From the NCBI GenBank assembly GCA_053919585.1, contig CM132803.1: a stretch of DNA of 64,000 nucleotides. One strand, given 5' to 3'. A program made the translations under genes and the position numbers. This document shows, in pieces, positions 1-13,672 of this stretch (the first letter of the stretch is position 1; every line of letters begins with the position of its first letter). The stretch is from Euprymna scolopes. Its lineage: Eukaryota. Under the pieces are notes generated by a model. That model made no database searches. It saw nothing but the letters and a program-made list of their open reading frames with translations, and was not told the DNA's origin.

Positions 1-1010
1 AGTCATTAATGCTATCATGATGCTATATGAGCACACTCGAGCAATGGTCAGGTCCCCAGATGGCGACACTGAATTTTTCGACATCTGCACTGGAGTTCTA
101 CAAGGAGATACTCTTGCCTCTTTTCTTTTCATTGTCTACCTTGACTTTGTACTTCGCACCTCTGTTGATATACACAACATGCTAGGCTTCACCCTAAATG
201 AATCCAGAAACAGACATCATCAATCAGCACACATAACTGATGCAGATTACGCAGACGATATTGCTTTGTTCGCGAATAACACTGCTGATACGCAAACACT
301 GTTACGTAAGCTAGAAAAGTCTGCAAATGACATTGGTCTCCACATAAATGCGGATAAGACGAAGTTTATGACTTTCAATGTGAAGGGCGAGATCAGGGCT
401 TTGGTTGGATCAACACTGAAAGAAATTGCTGAGTTTACGTATCTGGGCAGCAACATAGTTTCCACAGAGAGAGATATCGGAATTCGCATCTCAAAAGCAT
501 GGACCGCATTGGATGGGCTACATTCAGTATGGACTTCGAGACTGGCTGACAAACTGAAAATGCAGTTCTTCAGGACAGTGGTAGAGTCTGTCCTTGTTTA
601 CGGTGCTACAACCTGGACACTCACCAAAAGATTGGAAAGAAAACTAGACGGCACATACACCCATATGCTAAGAACAATATTAAATATATCTTGGCAAAAT
701 CATCCCAGGAAGCAGCAACTTTATGGCAATCTACCTGCCATATCTAATACCATCAGAGAAAGACGCCTACGATTTACCGGTCATTGTCTGAGGAGCAAGC
801 ATGAATTGGTGAGTGATGTATTGCTATGGACTCCACGACACTAACGTGCAAGCAGAGGATGACCTAGATCCACATACATCCAACAAATAGCACACAACGC
901 CAACTATGAACCTGAAGATCTGAGGCAACTGATGGAAGACAGGAAACTCTGGAGAGGAAGAGTCACATTGTTCCGGGCAAGGAGCCCATCATGATGATGA
1001 TGAGATGATG
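1..1010 (+). mobile_element. RTE-clade non-LTR retrotransposon, 3' part (RT domain to 3' tail)
   Basis: ORF 17..844 has RT motifs GVLQGDTLA, DYADD and FTYLGS, plus the RTE-type C-terminus (VLVYGATTW, RLRFTGH). Premature stop at 842-844. (ATG)n tail at 991-1010. Confidence 0.9.
17..844 (+). pseudogene. Reverse transcriptase fragment of the RTE LINE
   Basis: QGD and YADD motifs in the translation; truncated by the window start and by a premature stop. Confidence 0.85.
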
Positions 1011-1340
1011 GTTGCATGTTATCACAACAGCCGTTGTCAGTGATTTCTCGTTGGCATCGACCATTGTTGTTTCCTGGAGTTTGGGTGACAAAATGCCTCC
1101 CAAGGTACCAGATTTGAATTGCACACTTCCAGTGGAGATTTGGTCAGTACTCTCTCACCTCGGTCTTTCCATCCTCCCTGACCTTTCATAACTAGTTGGT
1201 GTGGTGTGGCGCCAGTCGATGTCATCTACACTAGTTTTTTTTTATTATTATTACTATTATTATTATGATAATAATAAGGGTGCTTGTGCAGTATACACAC
1301 GTGTATTTTAAATATTATTTTCAAGTTAAATTAAAATTTA

Positions 1341-1624
1341 GGTTTGTATTACTGTACACATAGATTCTAAAAAGTTGTCAAAAAAACAAATAAATGTTAT
1401 CAAAGGCAAGATAAGTTACTCTTCTACCTATCTGGGAAGGTTTTTAGTGGTTTTACTCACTTTAAAACGTGTAATCGCTTCGAAAATCATACAATGTTTA
1501 TCAATATATTTTAAAAAGGAAAATGTCGGCATGTTTGTAACTTATCTTGCCTTTGATAACATTTATTGGTTATATATTTGTTTTTTGACAACTTTTTCGA
1601 ATCTATGTGTACAGTAAAACAAAC
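1341..1624. mobile_element. Short, internally deleted copy of a palindromic MITE family
   Basis: GGTTTGTATTACTGTACACATAGATTC... at 1341 is mirrored by ...GAATCTATGTGTACAGTAAAACAAAC ending at 1624. Confidence 0.8.
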
Positions 1625-1889
1625 TCGTTATGTAAATTATTTACAGTTAAAGTGTTATAAAATACAAAAAATTGAAGTTTTAAATATATTTCAAAGAAAT
1701 GAATTACGCCCCGTGTTAAAATATTGATAATTCACCAATCGTAAAAAAATAAAATTAAAAAAAAAAACAAAAAAAAAACCCAAAAAACACTGCGGTGAAA
1801 AATGCTTACTTTAAAATATTTGAAAATACTCAGTGAAAAGTTTTATTTATTATTAAAAGAACAGACTGAAAAATATTATATAAAAATTG

Positions 1890-2480
1890 GGGTTTGTATT
1901 ACTGTACACATAGATTCGAATAAGTTGTCAAGAAACAAATATATAACAAATAAATGTTATCAAAGGCAAGATAAGTTACTTTTCTAACTGGATATGTTGT
2001 TAGTGTTTTTATTTAATGTAACATGTTTATTCAGCTCGAAAAACATACTGTGTTTACCGATGTATTGGAAAATTCGAAATGGCGCCCGACTCTCTCTTTA
2101 ACACGGTAAGTTTGGGAAAAGGTGCTATAAATATAAAACTAGACAAAATACTGTTAGAAACTTGCTCAATATATATTACCGTGACATAGGTTGACATATA
2201 TTCGGTGTTTTTTTTAATAGTATTTTGTCTAGTTTATTATTTATAACGCCTTTTCCCGAACTTACCTTGTTAAAGTCGGGCGCCATTTTGAATTTTCCAA
2301 TACATCGCTAAACAATGTATGTTTTTCAAGCTAAATAAACATGTTACATTGAATAAAAACACAAAAAATATATCCAGTTTGGTAGAAAAGTAACTTATCT
2401 TGCTTTTGATAACATTTATTTGTTATATATTTGTTTTTTTGACAACTTTTTCGAATCTATGTGTACAGTAATACAAACCC
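1890..2480. mobile_element. About 590 bp foldback MITE, inverted over almost its whole length
   Basis: Termini GGGTTTGTATTACTGTACAC / GTGTACAGTAATACAAACCC; arms pair inward to a loop near 2165-2205. Confidence 0.88.
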
Positions 2481-3469
2481 AAAAATTGTTTGTTTTGCAG
2501 TAAAAAAAAAAATAAATAAATAAAATGAAATATTCGACTTTCTCCAATAAAAATAAAAGTTCAAACACGAATTCACTTACGATATTTTGATTAAAATTAT
2601 CCCAAATGTGCAATTATAATTATTTTCCGAATGGAGAATTGTTCTTTTTCTTTAGAACATACATGGACAATCGGTAACACATATTGGTAGCCATATATTT
2701 TTTATGCCTTTAGCATGACCACGTGGTTGAATACCGGAAGCTGTCTATACCTACAACTTAATTAGGAAGTGACGTTACGGCTTGTTTCTCGGTAGCCACG
2801 GTATAACGCTAAGCCAGTGTTCAACAACCACCTGTTCTAGTTGGTGTCGGTTTATAAATATGAGTTATCTGCTCATATGTAAATTATACTTCATTTGCAC
2901 ATCACTACAAAAATAAAAAATTATGTGCAGTAATTCTTAAGAGATTCAGTATATTTTATGGAGCGATTCCGGTTTCTGATTGGTTGGTAGCAAAGCATGA
3001 TTTCATCTGATTGGTCAGTTCTTTTCACCCATGTTTCTAAATATAGCCTTCCAATTTTTTGTAACCATACTCATAGGATACCAAAAATATTGCAACAGAT
3101 TATTTGGATCTAGTTAGCATAATATTGAAAAAATGCATACAAAAACGGTCTTTGTGAATTAAAAGATTTCTTCAATAGAATTAAAAAGAATTAAAGTGTA
3201 ATTGTAAAGGATCTTAAGTGGTGCATGGTCCCTCACCTTAATAGAGGCCATCTTAGAGCATCTTTGTGTATAGTCAAAAACGACACTAATATTTAATATG
3301 AATTGGGGTAAAAGTTATTGTTTTAACAAAGGAAGCAAATGAACAGACATGCTCCCTATCTTGGGCTGAGTATATTGGGAAGTGATAAACAAACTACCAC
3401 TAGCATATTAAGCGATGTGTGTAAACAAATGGAGCTTAGATGTTTGGACAGTGTTTGAACATTAGCAGC

Positions 3470-3540
3470 AGCTCAATAGCATAATGGTTAAGAGTGCGGA
3501 CTGTCACCTAAGCAGTCGAGTTTCAAACCTGGCTTGAAGT
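3470..3540 (+). mobile_element. tRNA-derived SINE head, degenerate
   Basis: A-box-like TAGCATAATGG (3477-3487) and B-box-like GTTTCAAACC (3520-3529) at tRNA spacing; no clean cloverleaf. Confidence 0.5.
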
Positions 3541-6179
3541 AGTTGCTAGTTTAGCCAAATTGATGAACTGTGATACAACGAAACAGTACTGTATGCCAAT
3601 GACTATAGATGTATATTATATCACATACATGCATAATAAAATGAAATAAAATCAAGCACTAAATCAATAGAAGGATCATCTAATCTAATGGCTACATAAA
3701 ACACAAACAGGGTTTTATGAATGAAAAATGGAAAATACAAAAAGTTTATATAGAAATAAGAATATGAAAATGACTTTCATGCTAGTAAATGTTTAACACC
3801 TGTTTAGATGCAGAAGCTGAGTCAATATTAATTACAAGTCAAAATGTTCATTCTATGAATATTTGAGTATTTGACAGTTTGGCATTGTGTATGTGTATGC
3901 GTTACCTTTGTTCTCCTAGTTTGTTCAGGAGTTAATAAAGTTGGATATGTGAATCATGAAGTTCTTTACTCTGCCATCCGGGACGAACGAGGGGGCAAAA
4001 GCCGGGGTAGGGTGCTAAGTAGACGTGTTAGGGATCCTTTTGTTCCATAAACTGGTGGAGTCTAAATATTTTGGCTGTTTGTCACCTCGCTTTAAGGAGT
4101 TTCCAACTTGACACTGGCTTATTACTGGATACCAGCAATAATGGCGGAAAAATGATAGTTTTGAAAGCCGGTTAATCATATTTTTTGTTGGTTTCCAAAT
4201 AGTGTTTGGAGATTTCCAGCTAATTTTTTTATTGTATTTGAAAGTTAATTTCTAAAAGGAAAAAAAATATTTTTACTCTTGAAAAAAAAATTATAATGAA
4301 AAATGTTTTCACAGCCATATTCGGAAACTGACAAGTTCAGCTAAATTTTGAAGTTTAATAAATTCATTGCAAAAATTCTTTTAAAAATAAATATTAGTTT
4401 TCTGGGTCTATTTCAAAGATAATTAGTAAATAAGGTATTAAATTAAATAATAAAAAAAAACTCTTTGTTTGTACAAAAAATAGCTTAATTAGCCCCCAAA
4501 TGCGCGTGATTCTGGTTTCGTGCAAAAAACAAGACAAAGTCGTCTAAGCATGAATTCTACGGAAGCCCATATTGTCAGAAAGTCAAAAGGCTGTCTGAAA
4601 ATGACGTTAGGTAGTTGGAGGAAGATAGGGAGTGCTAGTTTTCTTCTTTTTTTTCTCAGCCATGCATCCATACATTCTTATCGTAAATGTTTGTATAATT
4701 TTTACTATTTTTTAATTTAATTATTTTTCTGTGTTCCTGCTTTTAAATTTTTTCAACTATTTTTTTATTTTTAAGATTATATAAAAATTATGTTACGCTG
4801 AAAGTTACAGGTTCATTCAGGCAAAGAAAATATCAGAATCTTACATATAAAAATTATGTGAAAAATGTAAGTTAAAAAAAGAGGAAATATTTTTTGCAAT
4901 TATAATTTTTTTGTGTGAAAATATCAAATGCTTAATTCAATGATAATATCGGTAATTCGAGAAATTAATTTTTCTTTGAGTTATATCAAACTCATTAATA
5001 TGGACTTTAGGGGCATTTTCATAATTCTTTTTTCTTTTTTTTATTGTTACAATTTACGATGCTTTATTTTCATAAAAAAAAGCAAAAATAAATTCATTCA
5101 TTTTTTTTTTTTTTTACTACTGAAAACCATAACTTTAATAAAAGTGATTTTTGTTTAAACAAAATAATACATTTCCACTAAGATTCAAATAAAAAATAAT
5201 GGGTTCATTATATTCTGCGATCATTATTTGATGAATACTGAAAATTTCATTAAAATTGGTTAATTTCTTGATTTTTGGTGAATTTTTAAGTAAAGGGAAG
5301 GATCAAAATGTGTATACGTTTTGAGCATCGGTATTCATTTTGCACATACCTACTTATTACTTTGCGTATAAGTGTTACTTTTTGGAGCTTGAAAATATTT
5401 CAACTGACTGAAAATACTTTGCTTTAACACCTTCTGCTTAAAAGCTGTTTGATTTGGGGGTGCAGAGGAAAGCGAATTCCAACGAAGAAAAGCGTGTAAG
5501 CAATCATAGCGTTTTGCATTTTAACGTTTGTAAGAATCACTTTGCGGTTCGATCACCACAGATTAAATCATCAGTGTAAGGTCTAGAAGAAAGAATCCAT
5601 AATCCAAAGTATAAATGGATGAGAGTGAAGTCCCAAACTCTGTTAATAATAAATTGTGAAATCCAAAAAAATATAAAAAGTATCCAATATTAAAGAAATT
5701 CGTAGGGAATCAATTCATAAGTAAATTTCTTACCATTAGAAAACGCACAAAAAAAAAAAAAAAATCAAAAGAACAGCTTAATAAGTTAAGATGAAATAAT
5801 TTCAAATCTAAAATCTGTTTTAGATAAAATCTACAAAAATAAATAATGAATAAAAAAAATTAAAAAACAAACTATAGAGTGTAAATTTAATAAAGAACGG
5901 GAAGGAAGGGGAGAAAGGAGTGAAAAAAGAACGAGAGCAAGGAAAGAAAAATAGAGAGGAGTTAGAGTGGGATAAGATAAAATAGAGAAGTAGAAAGACA
6001 GAAATACACACAGATAAAAGAAAAAAAAATGTAGGTGTGTCAGACGAGAAAATAAAATTTTAAATTTCAAAACTTTCAGACAGAAATAGGCAAGCAGAGT
6101 AAATTAAAGTTGCACATTTTTCTTTTTAATATCAACCATAGAGTTCGGTAATAATTTTTAAAAAATAACACAAAGTAAT

Positions 6180-6350
6180 GCTTCTGTCTGCTCATAGCTG
6201 ACGAAATCAGAAAAATCTACCCTCATGGATGTAACAAGGGGTTCAGTTCGAAATTCCATTCAGGTTCCCACGTTCGAAAAGATACACATGAAGATTGGTA
6301 GAGATTAGAATGACCGAAACATTATGAATATTACAAATAAGTTTAGAATA
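6180..6350 (+). repeat. Short repeat with a degenerate hammerhead-like motif (Penelope pLTR-like)
   Basis: ATGAAGA-TTGGTA...TGACC-GAAAC-ATTATG at 6288-6326; similar motif at 30321-30360. Confidence 0.4.
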
Positions 6351-6427
6351 GTAGTCCAAATAAAATACATTATCAATTTTCATCACAGAAAATATGAAAC
6401 TTATTTTTTTTTCTGTTTTGTTTTTAA

Positions 6428-6443
6428 TCTCTCTCTCTCTCTA

Positions 6444-6491
<48 letters not shown>
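6428..6491. repeat. (CT)n microsatellite
   Basis: Direct inspection. Confidence 0.95.
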
Positions 6492-6494
<3 letters not shown>

Positions 6495-8156
6495 ATTAGA
6501 CCCTACACTTTTCCCCACTAACCTCTTTTTTAGGTGATAAAAATGCCTTTAAGCTATAGAAATCCATTATTAGTGTGGCTTGAGATAACGTGTAACAAAG
6601 GAAGGAACATCTGTCTAATCATGCCAACTTTTTAGTGTGGCAATCTTCATATAAAAATTTTAATCGAATAAGTTGTTTTTTAAATAACAACTTTCCTCAT
6701 ATCTTTTCTCTCTTTCTCACATCTCTTTTCATTTTATCATGTTTTATTTTCTTTTTCCTTTTTTTTTTTTTTTACAACTCCATTTTTTCCTTTCACATTT
6801 TCCTTTTCTTTCCCTTCTTCTTTTTATTGTGTGTCTTGTCATCTTTTTCTTTGCTTTTCTTTTTCGTCTCTTTCAATTTTCTAAATCGTTTTCTAAATTT
6901 TTTTTATTTATTCCTTTTATTTCTATCTTACATCCATTTTCGTCCATTACTTCCATTAATATTTATTGCTATATTTTTTCTTAGCTGCAACTTCATTCTT
7001 CTTTGTCTGAAAGCCTTGCCTCAGAAATGAAAATAACTTCCTTTCATCATGCAAAGTGCTTAATAAGTTTTAAATGTAGGGGAAAATAAACAGAACAACA
7101 TACAAATGAAAGATTGATTAAAAAGAGACAAAATGGAAAACTTTAATGTCGGATTTTATTCTTTTCGGAACTTCATCAAGTGGCAAAATGATAAAATGTT
7201 ATGAAGAAATACTGTAAAGGTCTGAGAGTGAACATTGCCAAGACCAAATGGTTGTAGTGTTGGAAAGTCGTCAGTGTGTGCAAGACTGTTGTGGCACTTG
7301 TAAGCATTATTTTAGCCGACTATACAGAAACAAAAAAAAGTAAAAAATATGACATATGATGCTGAGGAATTAAAAGCTAAACTAATACAAAGCTTTCCTG
7401 AAGTTTTATTTAGCGGATTTAGGCACATGCACAAAAATGAAGGCAAATTTTAACATTAAATAAAACGCATGACTGATTTAAAAAAAAAAAAAAAAAAAAA
7501 AGAGAGAAGTGTTCCATTTGCGGCTTTGAGCAAAATTAACAGAGAATTGACATGTAGACATATTATTGAGGAATAACTTTAGTGGGTAGGTAGCACTGAC
7601 TGTTTATGTACAGAAAAAAAATCAAAGGAGATCGGTGTCTGCAATGACTTTTCAACTGGCCTCAGTATAGCATTAAGAGATCACAGTTATCCTCTCCTCA
7701 TCCCAGAGGAGGTATTTATGAAACTCAATGGAGGAAAAATATTCTCCAAAGTTGACTTGAGCGATGTGTATTTACAAATCGAAGTCGAGGAGGAAAGCTC
7801 AAAGCTTCTGTGTATAAGCACATACAGAAGTCTTTACAAATTCAAAAGATTTTGGGTTTAAGGTTGTGGCAGTCATTTCCCAACAAATGGACATCATGCT
7901 TGCCGGTTTTGATTTTGCAACAGCCTACTTGGATGACGTCATAATTATCAGCAAATCTTCAGGACAACATTGAAAACAGGGTTTTCAAAAGAATCCAAAA
8001 ATACAGATTTGAAATTAAGAAATCGAAGTGCGATTTTTTTTTTTTTTCATAGATGAAATTAGATGTCTGGACCATGTTATTGATGAAAATGGAAGATGAT
8101 TTGATCCCAAAAGGGCTACAGCACTTAGAGACATGGCAGCCCCTGATAATGCACAA

Positions 8157-8811
8157 TATCAAATCTGTTACCAACGTCGGTGGAAAAATGGTGGGATCAT
8201 TCTACTGCTCCAGTAAATATTTTACTGCCGATGCAATTCTCTACCTGTATAAGAGCCAAGTATGTTCTAAGATGGAGTACTGTTGCCATATCTGGGCAGG
8301 AGTTGCTCAAACGACCCTAACCTGCCTTGACAGAGTTCAAAACCAACTTCGTAATCTAGTAGGTGATGTCCTTTTCTCTTTTCTGCAGCTTCTTTCCCAC
8401 AGAAGAAACGTTGTGAGCCTGTCTTTGCTCTATCATTATTTTCATGGCAAGTGTTCAACTGAGCTCCAATCTATGCTTCTTCTTTGCCAATCTTTCACAG
8501 AAACACTTGTCTAGCCAAAAACACTATCAATAAATTCCCCCAATCTCTATCAGTGCCTAAGCCTAAATATGGATTCCACCAACAAAGCTTATTTTCTCTT
8601 CTGCTGGTCTGCTTTCCCGCTGACTACAACATAGTCATCTTACATATAGTCCAATGTAAACAAGTTCTTATTGAACCGCCTCATAATCTGATTATACCAA
8701 ATTTCCACTTCAAACGATCACTACACTACTGTCCCAATAACTACAATACACACTTATCCTCGAGTAGCCTCCAGGCTTTGATATTTGGTAACTCCTTTGT
8801 CAAAAAAAAAA
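8157..8811 (+). mobile_element. CR1-like LINE 3' fragment with poly(A), inserted in gypsy pol
   Basis: LYLYKSQV..MEYCCHIWAG motif, family 3' UTR and poly(A) at 8802-8811; gypsy reading resumes immediately after. Confidence 0.88.
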
Positions 8812-8999
8812 GCACTTCAAAGTTTTCTGAAATTGGCAAATTACTATCAGGTTTTCATCAAGAATATGCACGATATACGCACGCAACTAAATGAATTATT
8901 AAAAGTTTGGAACTGAACTCCCTATTGTCAGACAGCATTCGAAAAAATTAAAGAAACTTTAACGTCAGACCTTTTTCTGACACAGTAAAATCTGATGCC

Positions 9000-10520
9000 A
9001 TTTCAATTGGAACCGAACGAGGGTCAGAGAGTTGATGCATTTTAGATGCATTAAAATAAACCAGCCACCTTTTTTCCTATTGCACCCCGTGCTCAAGATC
9101 AGAGAAGAGAGAATCAGAGAGATCTTGGTCATTTCCGGCCTTTAAAGTGTTGCCATAGATGGAAGTGTCGTCTGTATAAATGTCTATTAATGATCTAAGA
9201 ATGTTATTTGGGAGATCATCGATGTAGATCAGGAAGAGAGTTGGGCCCAGGATGGGACCCTGAGGGATTCCAGTGTACTGTGAGTTTCTGATTTCTGTGA
9301 GTTTCTGATTTCTGCTCATCAATTACTACTCTTATGAATCTATCAGAATGAAATGATTTGAGAGGATATTTCAAGCAATTCCTTAGCTGGAGATCTTGTG
9401 CAGTAGACTTTTATGCCATACCCTATCAAAAGATATGTCAAAACCAGTTGTCCTAGAAACGAAACCCCTGTTGAGAGATTTGCTAATCCTGTAAGATGTT
9501 ACAGATAGCATATCAGCTGTAGATCTAGCAGAACAGAAACCATATTGCATGTTATTGATTAGGTTATTTTTGGTGATGTGGTTGACCACTTTTTACACGG
9601 CTTCCAGCAACTTACTCATGACACTCAGGAGACTGATTGGTCTGTACTGAGAGGGAGATGACCAATCACTTGAATTTTTAAATATGGGGCAGACTGATGA
9701 GGTTTTCCAAGATTTGGGGAAACATTTCTCCTTAAGACAACATTTAAACAGGTTTGTAAGTATAGGGGGTAATTCTGGTTGAAGCTTTTTGAGCACTATA
9801 ATTGGAATGCCATCAGGGCCGGTTGCTTTACTGGAATCATGGTTTTTGATAAACTTGGCAACATCATGCACAGATATTTGTATGTCGCATAACGTGATTT
9901 CTGACACAGGAGGAAATATGGGAGGAGGTAGTTGGCCCTGATTGGATAGAGTAGAATTTGCTGTGAAGTTTTTGGCAAAGAGTTTAGTCTTCTCTGATGC
10001 TGATGAGATTTTACCTCAGGTGCATTGATGATGGTTCGGATAGAGGACATGCTTCTGTTTAGGACTCTGTTTGTTAAATGCCAAAACTCATGGCAACCAA
10101 CTCACTGCTCAGCTACTTTGGACTTTGAGCATACAACTCTCTCACATTCTTTAGCACACTTTTACAGTGGTAAAGGTGACTCAATACGTTTATTTCGTTG
10201 AAAGCAATGGAAATAGTGCTTTCTATGCGCAATGGCAGTGCCACATTCTGGAGAGAACCATGACTGGCTATTAAGATTTTGCTGGAATTTCTTGTAGGAT
10301 ATGAAACAATCTATACTGATAACTAACTGTTCAATCAGGTTTGATACTATAGAGGATATGTTTATTTTAAACATGGAAAGAAGAGGTAGATCTGATATAA
10401 ATGTATGGAAGCTATCCCAGTCAACCATAGATTATCAATATACTTTATGATAAAGAGGTATGTCAGAGGACTTATTACATTTTCTTTTTATCTTAACTGA
10501 GAAAACCAAGTGGTCAGAAG
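9000..10520 (-). mobile_element. CR1-like LINE internal fragment (linker plus RT)
   Basis: Minus-strand ORFs with KATGPDGIP, YRPISLLS, QYGF, PQGPILGPTLFLIY and YTDD. Confidence 0.88.
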
Positions 10521-12459
10521 ATACTTTTGATTTTCAGATCAAAGATGAGGTACCATCCTGTTAAATTACAATTTTAAACTTGAATACTTGTCATCAAAAC
10601 AAATTAGCCACACAAATGGACTGTCGCGATAAATATCTAAGGAAAGAGAACTTTTCAAGGATTTAATAATAGCAGCACTGCATACCGACTGTAAAATTAA
10701 AATAATGATATTAAACATCGTTAGAGAGCTCCCGGTGACATTATTCAAAATCAAAAGAGAAACGCAAAGGACAATTTCATTTACGATATTAAAAGTAAGA
10801 TCGCTATGAAGGAAAAAATATTTCAGATGTATTCTCATTATGCAATGAAGTCCTGTCATATAGCGGAAGGGTCATAATTCCAAAAAACCTTCATAAAAGG
10901 AATCTGCAAGATTTCCACATGGAATACTCGGGTAAAAACTAAATAAAAAGCTTGATAAGAAGGTATATTTTCTGGCCAAACATAACAGAGATGATTGACT
11001 CTTGCAAATGTTGCATTCTAGCAGAAAATGCACTACCCATCACACTCAAACCCTGGTCAAAAACAGATCAACCATGTTCAAGAATCCGCATCAACTTTGT
11101 GGGTCTCCTCAAATTATAGTTGATAGTTATACCAAGTGGCCTGAGGTACTAAGGTTCAGAAGTCATACCACAGGGACAGCAATTACTATTCACTCGTTTC
11201 AGTGCATTGTGAGCGATAACAGAACTCAATGCACATCTGCAGAGTCCAAGGAGTTTTGTGGTATTTTTCAAATTAATTATATCACTATACCTCAATATCA
11301 CCTTGGGTCAAACGGCCAAGCCGAGAGATTTGTAGACCCCCCCCCCAAAAGGGCGCCAAAAATGGCACAGGGTATACCAAAGAACTAAGCTTTACAACAA
11401 TTCTTGCAAGTATATAGAAGCACACCGAATCCCAACACTCCGACGGCAGTCTCACCTACTAAAACCATGTTACGGAAGGTGAGATCAGTTTTTGATAAAC
11501 TCCTTCCCAAACAATCAAAATAAGACCACATACGTAGCCAAAGGGTGTTTTAACCCTGGAGAGAAAGTTGTTTTTTTTGTTTTGTTTTTTTTTCAAAATT
11601 TTAAAACAATACTTCATTTTAGGAATTGGGTATGATTAACAAAAGGATTGACGATTTTAGTATGTTCAACCTTATCCAATTTCCTTAAAAACTCTTTAAA
11701 ATATGTTCAATTCACAAAGTCCGTATTATAAATGTTATCGTCTCATCTGAAATACAAAGCAAACGCAATTTCGTTGTCATAATCGTAATTCAAATTATCA
11801 ATAGTGTTCCAAATTTTGTGAAAATGCACTTTTATCATTTTATCATTCCCCTCCCCCCGTTCAGATGTTTGTATATTTTCTGTTTCTGTGGAAAAAAACA
11901 TTTCCTAAAATCTTTTCATTTGTTTCCGCTTTCTGTTTCCATTTTCTTCTGATATTGCACTTGTTTTTCTGCTGTTTTTTGAATTTTTCTTATAGTCAAA
12001 GCTTTCCCGTTTCCATTTTCTTTTGATATCCTGCTTGTTCTTCTTGCAGCTGATCTTACTGGTGACTAAAAAGTTTTAGAATAGCATTTCTAAATTTCTC
12101 TATTTTACATTACGTTAATAAGGCTGACTTTTTTGTGTTTATATATTATTTACATAGTGATTGGAACTTTTCTTACTTCAGTCAAACTACTCAAATTTTC
12201 AAACTTTGATTTAAAATCTGTTTCGTCCTACTCAAAAATGACGGATTTTTTTCACTTCTATTTCCCGACACTGGAGTGCTTTTTTTTTTTTTTTTTTTTT
12301 TTTTCGCAGATTTGACACACTTTGCTTGTTAAAAATCTAGTTTGATTTCAACTTCTCATTCTATTAAAATCAACAATTATTCAGTGCATGCCATCAAAGT
12401 CTTGTTTGAAAATCCAATATTAGTAATCGTTATGTCGTCTCCACCATAAATCCAAGTTT

Positions 12460-13606
12460 TCATTGCCAGCGTTGCACAATAAGTCTGAATACCTCGTTGA
12501 CAATGTTATGGGACATAGGTTTCAAATCCTCGGCATCAGTGTTGTTACCTTGATAATAGTTAAGACAACACCGTTATGTATTAACAAAATGTATTTACAA
12601 GAATAGCATATTATAGAAAGTCTGCATCTGATACTGTAGCTATGACTGCCACCAATTATTACTGCCACAACACTTGATTGTAACTATATTCATAATTTCT
12701 AGGAGATTCCATTTACTCCCAGAACAGTACATCACCGTCACACCACATCAGGATTGTTAAGGAAAAATGCATTGTTAAACATTAAAAAGCATCTTCATTT
12801 GATGAGCTTATTCAATGTACAATTGAACTTCGAATAATCTACGACTTATCAAAACAACATAAACGATTATTTGAATGAAACAAATATACTGGAAATCCCA
12901 GGAAAATTGTGGTCACACTCCTGGAAAGACTGACCCCCACCCCCACTCCCACCCCTATAAATTTTGCTATTTGATTTTATTATCTCAAAAATCGTTTTCA
13001 ATTTTTCTCTCTAATCTTCCTCCTTTAACTTCTCTTTTCTTTTTTATTTCTCCTTACTCTTTCTCATTTTTCTTCATCTCACATTTTCCTGTTTGTTCCT
13101 CTTTCTTTATTACTTTTTCTTTTTCTTCATATCTTTTCCTTTCTCTTTTTTCTTATTCATTCTTTTATTTCCTGTTTTTTCATCCTCGTTTTCTTTGCTC
13201 TTTTTCCCTTCCTCTCTATCTTTTTATTGCTTCTTTTTCTTCTCTACCCCTTCCTTTCTTCTTTCCTCCCTTTTTCCACACCTTCTCCCTTTTTTACTTC
13301 TCTCCTTTTTTGTTTCTTCTCTTCTTTTTCCTTTCTTTCTTTTTTCCGTTTCCTCTTTTTTCTAACCTTCTTTACTTCGTTTTGTTCTTCTTCTCTTAAG
13401 AATAATTTTTATTTTCTTGTTTTTTTTTTTTGTTTTTTTTTTTTACGATAACAGTCCCACACCATTTTGGATAAAAAAAAAAATCTCAATCTTGGCACTC
13501 CAAAACAAAACATTAAATTACTTCAATATAACTGATTTGATCATATATGATCCTATGAGAAGCCAGCCCATAATGGGCGCGCACACGCGCGTGCGTGCGT
13601 GCGGAC

Positions 13607-13672
<66 letters not shown>

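Larger units (their letters stand above)
7400..11640 (+). mobile_element. Decayed Ty3/gypsy pol (RT-RNase H-integrase), interrupted by two LINE insertions
   Basis: Frameshifted RT motifs at 7620-7950 (DFSTGL, FSKVDLSD, YLDD); LQSFL..ANYY at about 8815; integrase motifs IVDSYTKWPE, IVSDN and SNGQAERFV in ORF 11002..11388. LTRs not identified. Confidence 0.85.

Noticed and set aside
12875-13451. Phe/Leu/Ser-rich ORFs (also 5820-6070 and 6635-7030)
   Set aside because: Translations of low-complexity pyrimidine or purine tracts.
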